Origin: Candidatus Nanoarchaeia archaeon
Lineage (GTDB): Archaea; Nanobdellota; Nanobdellia; Woesearchaeales; SM23-78
Length of the DNA stretch: 58,900 bases
Reading direction: 5' to 3'
Assembly: GCA_041479965.1 (NCBI GenBank)
Contig: JBGOZE010000001.1
Coordinates: 1-58,900, forward strand
Below, in pieces: positions 52,970 to 58,900 of this stretch. Every line of letters starts with the position of its first letter. Positions within the stretch are counted from its first letter, which is position 1. The translations under genes and the position numbers were made by a program. The notes below the pieces were generated by a model, which did not search any database, was not told the origin of the DNA, and saw only the letters and a list, made by a program, of their open reading frames with translations.

Positions 52970-53089
52970 CGGGGTTTTTAGCCAATTTATTTTTTGATTA
53001 AACAACAAAAATAAAAAACTTATTTTAAAAAGCAGATTTAAAAAAATTAAAATAAAAATTAATAAACACCAAGATCTTTCTTGAGAAAA

Positions 53090-53947
53090 ATGATTCATCT
53101 GGTGCGCTACGCAGAGATTGCCCTCAAAGGCAACAATAGGTCTGAGTTCGAGAAAAAACTAGTTGCAAATATGAAAGCCGGTCTCAAAGCCACAGGTTTG
53201 GATGTGCAAATAAAACGTTTGGGCGGAAGATTTCTTTTGCACTCAGACCAAGAAGTTGATTTGCGCAGGGTTTTCGGGATAGTCAGCTATAGCCCTTGTA
53301 TGAGAGTCAAGGCTGATTTACAGGATATCTGCTCTGAAGCCCTCCAGTTGGCAGAGCAACATAAGAAGGGAAATAAAACTTCTACATTCAGGATAAGCTC
53401 TAGAAGGCTGACCAAGGACTTTCCTTTGTCATCTGTTGAGCTTAATAGTAGGATAGGAGCTTTTATTGCTGAGAAGACAGGCTTCAAGGTAGATTTAAGC
53501 AATCCTGAGCTTGACATAGGCATTGAGCTTATTGGCTCTGATGCTTTTTTGTTCACAAAAACCATTGGTTGCTTCGGAGGCTTGCCTGTAGGCATAGAAG
53601 GTAAGGTGTTGGCAGTAATATCTGACCTCAAGTCTGTCCTTGCAGCCCTTCTTATGATGAAAAGGGGCTGCGCGATTGAAGTGGCTAGCTTTTCTGAAAT
53701 TTCTGCTCGAGAACTCTCCTTTCTTCAGGCATTCTGTCCTTATAAATTAGTCTTGCATTGCATAAAAGACGCATCTGAATTAAATGAGATTGCCATGAAG
53801 TTAGGATGCAAAGCCCTGGTTGTCGGTGATACTCTTCATGACTTCTCTGCTCACCCTATTAATATCCTTATATTGAGGCCTTTGATCGCTTTTTCTGATT
53901 CAGATATTGATGCAGAGCTCGATAAGTTCAGGAAAGCATGTTGTTGA
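53090..53947 (+). CDS. ThiI-like THUMP-domain protein with a degenerate PP-loop
   Basis: LVRYAEIALKGNNRSEFEKKL is a ThiI N-terminus and a THUMP region follows. GKVLAVISDLKSVLAALLMMKRG replaces the canonical ..LLSGGIDSPVA..LMMKRG. ALVVGDTLHDFSAHP...ILRPLIAF replaces ALVTGESLGQVASQT...ILRPLIGF. Confidence 0.7.
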   Translation: MIHLVRYAEIALKGNNRSEFEKKLVANMKAGLKATGLDVQIKRLGGRFLLHSDQEVDLRRVFGIVSYSPCMRVKADLQDICSEALQLAEQHKKGNKTSTFRISSRRLTKDFPLSSVELNSRIGAFIAEKTGFKVDLSNPELDIGIELIGSDAFLFTKTIGCFGGLPVGIEGKVLAVISDLKSVLAALLMMKRGCAIEVASFSEISARELSFLQAFCPYKLVLHCIKDASELNEIAMKLGCKALVVGDTLHDFSAHPINILILRPLIAFSDSDIDAELDKFRKACC

Positions 53948-54040
53948 TGCGCGCCGCATCTCTCTTGTTTCTCTTAAAATATCGTTAAATTTAAATATCT
54001 CTCAGGTTATTGGTATCTTTTAGGGAAAGGCAGGTGGGTT

Positions 54041-57000
54041 TTGTTGAAAAAGAAAAATCTCTTCATAAGTTCGCTTCTACTTGTCGTTATTTTTATTTTT
54101 TGCTTGCCAGGAGTATCTCCGAACTGTTTCATGCAAAGTTCTCAGCTTATTAACTGCTGTGCAGACGCGAATGCGGCCCAATTGGATGATCGTTCTTTCA
54201 AGAGGGAATATCGTACTTCTACCTCTTACACTGCTGTTGAAACAGGAGCAGGAGACCATTGTCAAGCTTTCAACATATCCCAGAACGGAACTTGTTATAA
54301 CAAGGAAGCTAGTAAATACACTTATGATTATTGCATTGATTCATCTCATGTTGTGGAGTGTTTCCTTATTGGTAGATATGGTCTTTTAAATGATCAGGAA
54401 GATTACAGCGTCACAACGACTAGCTATGGTTTTCCTAATGGCATTCCTTGTCCTCCCAATTACCTTTGTCCAAAAGGAGGCAAGTCTTGTGTTCCCAAGA
54501 AAAGATGTGCTATTGATTCTGACTGTAGTTCTTGCATGAGCTGCAACAATGGCTATTGTAGTTATAATAACAGCAAAAGTTGCACCGGCTGCTCTGGTGG
54601 AGAATGCATGTGTACTTGGGGCGTCTGTGAAAACGCTGCTTGTACTGCCTCAAGGCTTAACAGTTTTGATTGCACGCAATGCACTGATTTGTCTGGAGAT
54701 TGTGGCAGGTGCTGTGAAGAAAGGGATGTAACAGCTAGATGTGTTAGGGAAACGAGTTGCGTTGGCGGTGAGGCTCCCCTTTCTGAATGTGGCGGTTCTT
54801 GTGAGTTTGGAATGGTTTGCTGTGAACAATCGACGTTTAGGGGTTTTATAAAAAAAACTTGCGACGATGTAATCTCTTCTGCGTGTGGCACGTGCTGCCC
54901 TCATGTTACCATCCCTTGCGAGGACAGGACTCAAGGCCAGTGCTCTATTGAGACTACTCAATGCTCTTGGTGCAGTGATGAAGTCACTTCTAGTTGTGTG
55001 AACATCACTTCTAGCAATTCTTTCTGTGGCAGCTGCACTAATGCTTGTGGAGAGGATTATGTTTGCACGAACAGGGCTTGTGTGTTCTCTCCTCCTGAAT
55101 GCGGCAACAGGGAGAATCAGGGTAATTGCACGCAATATGCTGCTACTGATGATTGTGAATGGTGCCCTGTTCCTACTGGGACTAATACTGGTGATTTCTC
55201 CAATTATCCTTACTTTATGCCCGGTCAGGAAGAAGATATGTCCTCTGTCTGTGTAAATACCTCTTTTGACCCATTGAATTGTGGGGGCTGTGGGTTTGAT
55301 GCTACTCCCGGAGGCTTCTGCACTGCTTCGGCGCCTTTCTGTAATAATGGAGTTTGCGCTTCAGGAACTGCTGTTAGTGTTTCTACATATGTAAATGCTT
55401 TGCACTCAGCCTTCCCCGTGTCTGTGAATGAATTCTATTCTCCTTATCCTGTCCTGACCGATGCTCAGGGCGGTGAGAAAGCCGATTTTGCATCTGTTAA
55501 TTATGCTTATGCTGTTAGTGATGCAGACTCTTATGCTGCTGCCTGCACCTTTGCTGGTGGCACTTGGACTGCTGGCGCAGGCTGCTGTGGTGACAATAAA
55601 TGTCGTTCTTCTGGCAGCAGCTTCTGCCAAGTAGATAAAATATGCGATGGCACTAGCTGGCATACTGCCTCTCAAAATATCGGAGAGGTTTTCAGGCCAT
55701 CAAGTTGCTTCAACACCTTTCCCATAGCGAACATAAATGGAGAATTTGTAAAATGCATTGACACGGGGTCATATGATTCTTATGTTAGCAAAGTTAGCCA
55801 GAGCAATATCAATGGCTGTGTCCAGACAGGAGCTACAGGAGCTAATGAAGGTCTGGCCATGTCTGCTACAGGCAGCTTGCAGTATTCTTGCCCTGCTGGT
55901 TATTATGTCAACAGTGTAGTGGTATCGTCTGGTTCTTGTGCTTTGCAGAGTATAACTGCTACAACTTCCGGCTACCTTGTCTGCCTGCCGAGCCAGTCCA
56001 CCAGGCCCATGGGCTTTGCTAGCATCTTAGCCAACACTCCCACTCTCTCATTCCAACAATCATACTCTTCATGTCCCGCTCCGATTAGTTCTTGGAAGAA
56101 CTCTACTGGCGGTGAAATCATAGCCCAGGAACAAGCATTTATCCCTTGCCCAGGCATGAAGACTGTCGAGAATGCATTGCCTTCAGGAACCCAATTCTCT
56201 CTTGCCTTGACTGGCTTGAGCGGTGATCGCTCTTACACTGCAGCTTTCTGCGCTCAGGGTATAAGCACGCAACAGGATAGTGGCGAGACAGGACTTTATG
56301 CACTTGATTTCGTAAGGAGTGATGGCACTATTATGGGTGCTGTGAATGGCCATAGCTATGCTTGTTTTACTCCTGCTGGAAGCGCCGCCCAGATTGCTGT
56401 ATGCTGCGGTAATGATGCTGCTTGCTTGTCTAATCCTCTCGTCCGTGCAACTGGTAGTGGAGGGATGACTTACTCTACTGGTCAATTCATTACTGTTTCC
56501 GGCGATAGAAGGTTCTGCACATCTGGTGGTGCGTGGAGTGATGATTTAGATTCTCCCGGATTACAGGATATGTGTACCAGCGCTGGTAAGAGTGCCACAG
56601 GAAATTATTGCTGCTCAGAGGCTGATGATGTCAGGGCAGGAGGGGTTAATGAGTCTTACAATGATTTGAACAGTCCTACTGGTGCTTGCCTCAAGGGAAC
56701 CTTCCAAAACAACAATAGAACAGTTCGTTACAATAATCAAGATTACGCGAACATCTATGTTAAGAACGGAACTTTCTACGGCTGCGGCTTCAGTGCAACC
56801 TTTAATCCCGAAACAACCGGCATCTGCTCTTTGGATGCCAATGGTCGCTTACGCCAAACTTGCCTGGAAAGCATTCAGAATTGGCCCAACCCAGGCTCAA
56901 CCGCTACGCCTTCCCCAGCACAGGCTCTTGTCCAGAGGTCTAACTTCTGTACGATCATCAAATCATCAACCGAGGAGAGGTATTGTGCTTTTGACAATAC

Positions 57001-58312
57001 TTGGACATCCACAGGAGGCAGAGACCTTTCTGTCGCTTCCATTGTGCCTGCTCCTTTGATGGCTTTCCTTTTATCCTCAAATCCTGGTTTGGTTGACCGC
57101 GGTTGTTGCCAGCCTGGTGAATGTTGGAACCCTGCCGCTGGCCAATGCATAGCTTCTCAGAGCGGAGCAGGCCAAGGAACCTATGATTATGCGTTGCCTG
57201 ATGGGTCTGCTCTTTATAGATGTGTCAATGGGGCTTGGCAGAATATCATGAGCATGGCTAAGAAGGCTCCTTATACTTGCGAGATTGGCTATTGCCCTCG
57301 AACATATGATTGTCTCTATGACCCTCGCGGAAATGTTTACGATGACTACAATGTCAGCGGCACTCCTCAATGCCTCGCCAACGGCCAGTTCAAGGGTGAT
57401 TATCTCTGTGAGAACGGTGTTTGGACTAGCAGGACCAAGAAACTTGCCTTGAAGATGATATCTATGGTGCCTCATAGCTCCTCTGAAGGATATTTCACTC
57501 AGCCTTTCACACTTATGTGCTCTCTCGCACCTGAAGTGCTTGTGAGTGAGGACTCCAAGAGGGTTGTGAGAAACTCTGGTTTCCAGAACCCAGGAAGTAC
57601 TAACTCTTATTGTGTTCTTGAATTTGATGATAACAGAATAATCGGCGCTACTCTCAATCAGAACCTTACCAGCCTTCCGGGCACTGATTTCATGTATTCT
57701 CTTGAGTACAGCTTTTTGAGGGTTTATCCCAATGCCACTACCAGGTTCTCGCACACTTGCACTCCTTCAACAACTAACTTTGCCAGATGCATCAATAATC
57801 CCTTGTTAAAGCTATATTATGACAACACCTTTAAGATGGCTATTTTCAGTGCTCAGGATTTCAATTCATATATGTCTACGGGGCTTGGAGATGCTGTATG
57901 TACTGCCATCACTAATTCCTGGCTATCATGGCTCAACTGGCTCTGCGTGCCTCCTTCCCAGCTCGAGGAGAACCTGAAAAACCGCCAGCTTTTCAACAGG
58001 GTGTATGTTTCGCGCCAACATAGAGTAGATGCTTATGGCCAGCCCTTGACTAGCTTCTCAGAAATATTCGGAGTGGCTGAAGGGAATTGTGATGCAGATA
58101 CCCAGGCTTTTGCCCAGATGTATTCATTCAATTACACGGGCTTACCATCCACTACAGACCTAAACTACCTTTTTGATTTCACAGAGGCTGAGGATAAGAC
58201 CATCTCGCATTATCCTTTGAATAACAACCTGTTCAATATTTACCTGAAGAACCCGACGAACGAGAATACCTGGGTTGCTCTTACACTTCTAAGGAACACA
58301 GGACAGAAGTAA
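54041..58312 (+). CDS. Giant (1423 aa) secreted Cys-rich surface protein (hypothetical)
   Basis: TTG start with an AGGTGG SD 3 nt upstream. N-terminal signal/anchor MLKKKNLFISSLLLVVIFIFCLPG. About 57 Cys in the first ~440 aa by manual count, with recurring N-x-FCGSC...C-x-N-x-x-C and NCGGCG...C..G.C modules. The rest is Ser/Thr/Gly/Asn-rich with scattered Cys pairs. Confidence 0.8.
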   Translation: MLKKKNLFISSLLLVVIFIFCLPGVSPNCFMQSSQLINCCADANAAQLDDRSFKREYRTSTSYTAVETGAGDHCQAFNISQNGTCYNKEASKYTYDYCIDSSHVVECFLIGRYGLLNDQEDYSVTTTSYGFPNGIPCPPNYLCPKGGKSCVPKKRCAIDSDCSSCMSCNNGYCSYNNSKSCTGCSGGECMCTWGVCENAACTASRLNSFDCTQCTDLSGDCGRCCEERDVTARCVRETSCVGGEAPLSECGGSCEFGMVCCEQSTFRGFIKKTCDDVISSACGTCCPHVTIPCEDRTQGQCSIETTQCSWCSDEVTSSCVNITSSNSFCGSCTNACGEDYVCTNRACVFSPPECGNRENQGNCTQYAATDDCEWCPVPTGTNTGDFSNYPYFMPGQEEDMSSVCVNTSFDPLNCGGCGFDATPGGFCTASAPFCNNGVCASGTAVSVSTYVNALHSAFPVSVNEFYSPYPVLTDAQGGEKADFASVNYAYAVSDADSYAAACTFAGGTWTAGAGCCGDNKCRSSGSSFCQVDKICDGTSWHTASQNIGEVFRPSSCFNTFPIANINGEFVKCIDTGSYDSYVSKVSQSNINGCVQTGATGANEGLAMSATGSLQYSCPAGYYVNSVVVSSGSCALQSITATTSGYLVCLPSQSTRPMGFASILANTPTLSFQQSYSSCPAPISSWKNSTGGEIIAQEQAFIPCPGMKTVENALPSGTQFSLALTGLSGDRSYTAAFCAQGISTQQDSGETGLYALDFVRSDGTIMGAVNGHSYACFTPAGSAAQIAVCCGNDAACLSNPLVRATGSGGMTYSTGQFITVSGDRRFCTSGGAWSDDLDSPGLQDMCTSAGKSATGNYCCSEADDVRAGGVNESYNDLNSPTGACLKGTFQNNNRTVRYNNQDYANIYVKNGTFYGCGFSATFNPETTGICSLDANGRLRQTCLESIQNWPNPGSTATPSPAQALVQRSNFCTIIKSSTEERYCAFDNTWTSTGGRDLSVASIVPAPLMAFLLSSNPGLVDRGCCQPGECWNPAAGQCIASQSGAGQGTYDYALPDGSALYRCVNGAWQNIMSMAKKAPYTCEIGYCPRTYDCLYDPRGNVYDDYNVSGTPQCLANGQFKGDYLCENGVWTSRTKKLALKMISMVPHSSSEGYFTQPFTLMCSLAPEVLVSEDSKRVVRNSGFQNPGSTNSYCVLEFDDNRIIGATLNQNLTSLPGTDFMYSLEYSFLRVYPNATTRFSHTCTPSTTNFARCINNPLLKLYYDNTFKMAIFSAQDFNSYMSTGLGDAVCTAITNSWLSWLNWLCVPPSQLEENLKNRQLFNRVYVSRQHRVDAYGQPLTSFSEIFGVAEGNCDADTQAFAQMYSFNYTGLPSTTDLNYLFDFTEAEDKTISHYPLNNNLFNIYLKNPTNENTWVALTLLRNTGQK

Positions 58313-58435
58313 GAAGCATAAAAATCAGCAACAGCTCAGTGAGCGCTCGCTGCAGCACTACATCGGGGGATGGCTTTGCTTCATGATTATTTTTTTGTAT
58401 CAAAAACCATATTTTTTGACTCGAGGTGATAATCC

Positions 58436-58900
58436 ATGAGAAAAACAGCTTATGCAGGCCAATTCTATCCTCAAAGTGTCAGTGCCTTGAACAAGATGCT
58501 GGAAGAATGCTTCACAGCAAAACTCGGGCCGAGAGCATTGCCAAGCAAGCCTAAACAGGATGTTCCTCCTTACAAGGCAGCTATCTGTCCTCACGCAGGC
58601 TACGTCTATAGCGGCATGGCTGCTGCTTGGAGCTACAAAGCAATGGCAGAAGTCCAAGTACCAGATGTATTCATATTGCTAGGACCTAACCATCATAGCA
58701 TGGAATCAGGCATCTCTCTTGAAACCTTTGAGACTCCTCTTGGCAATGTGAGGGTGGACCAGGAGTTTGGCAAGGCTCTTGCAAAAAAAGGCAGTGTGCG
58801 CATCAATGAAGAAATCCACAGGCAAGAGCATAGCCTTGAAGTCCAGCTGCCTTTCCTTCTTTTCGCTTTTAGCAACAGAACTGAGAAGATAAAGATCCTC
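58436..58900 (+). CDS. Memo-family protein (AmmeMemoRadiSam system protein B), truncated by the right window edge
   Basis: Not in the ORF track because there is no stop in the window. My translation is MRKTAYAGQFYP...AAICPHAGYVYSG...LLGPNHH...EHSLEVQLPFL, which carries the Memo/AmmeMemo-B motifs. GGTGAT SD upstream. Confidence 0.8.
   Translation, partial: MRKTAYAGQFYPQSVSALNKMLEECFTAKLGPRALPSKPKQDVPPYKAAICPHAGYVYSGMAAAWSYKAMAEVQVPDVFILLGPNHHSMESGISLETFETPLGNVRVDQEFGKALAKKGSVRINEEIHRQEHSLEVQLPFLLFAFSNRTEKIKIL

Noticed and set aside
57077-57754. 225-aa ORF antisense within the giant surface protein gene (also 54650..55135 and others)
   Set aside because: The sense-strand ORF is uninterrupted for 1423 codons and has a signal peptide. 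The antisense ORFs have no start context or motifs.
1-58900. Mobile elements, prophage or defence islands
   Set aside because: I found no integrase, transposase, terminal inverted repeats, cas genes, restriction-modification motifs or toxin-antitoxin motifs. The tRNA-Leu is not flanked by a direct repeat of its 3' end that I could find.

Overview
Gene-dense, AT-rich archaeal chromosome segment. I infer a small-genome, DPANN-like archaeon from three traits: a fused PriS-PriL primase, no adk/cmk in the secY cluster, and very large Cys-rich secreted proteins. I saw no rRNA, CRISPR array, transposase or integrase.

Gene content, left to right:
- 1-5618 (-): four-gene operon of membrane-anchored or lipobox extracellular proteins with no family I can name. 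The first gene runs off the window edge and is missing from the ORF track.
- 5769-12696 (+): pelota, translationally coupled to an ArmA/Rmt(FmrO)-like 16S rRNA methyltransferase; then TrmB regulator, PheS, PheT and a TIGR00725/LOG-like protein.
- 12757-29580 (-): the large archaeal ribosomal protein cluster (L3-L4-L23-L2-S19-L22-S3-L29-SUI1-Rnp1-S17-L14-L24-S4e-L5-S14-S8-L6-L32e-L19e-L18-S5-L30-L15-SecY-DUF106-L34e-L14e). Many products carry K/E-rich tails.
- 29868-34163: fused PriS-PriL primase, tRNA-Leu(CAG) with an insertion of about 48 nt in the D-loop, a small Toprim protein, and Hef helicase-nuclease.
- 34296-39615 (-): tandem-repeat small basic protein, degenerate M50-like membrane protein, TraB, a split GlcD/GlcF-type oxidoreductase, and a second TrmB paralog.
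- 39616-40541: about 0.9 kb of AT-rich repeat-bearing non-coding DNA, a candidate oriC.
- 40542-46988 (+): orc1/cdc6, PolD DP1 and PolD DP2.
- 47014-51858: aIF2-beta, SpoIIM-like protein, OB-fold/wH protein, MCM and TBP.
- 52187-58900 (+): wHTH protein followed by six phased GTTATAA heptamers, a degenerate ThiI-like THUMP protein, a 1423-aa Cys-rich secreted giant, and a Memo-family gene truncated by the right edge.

Most interesting for follow-up: the surface-protein operon together with the giant Cys-rich protein, the D-loop tRNA intron, the archaeal ArmA/Rmt-like methyltransferase, the heptamer array, and an in-frame 42-codon open extension after the L4 stop codon.
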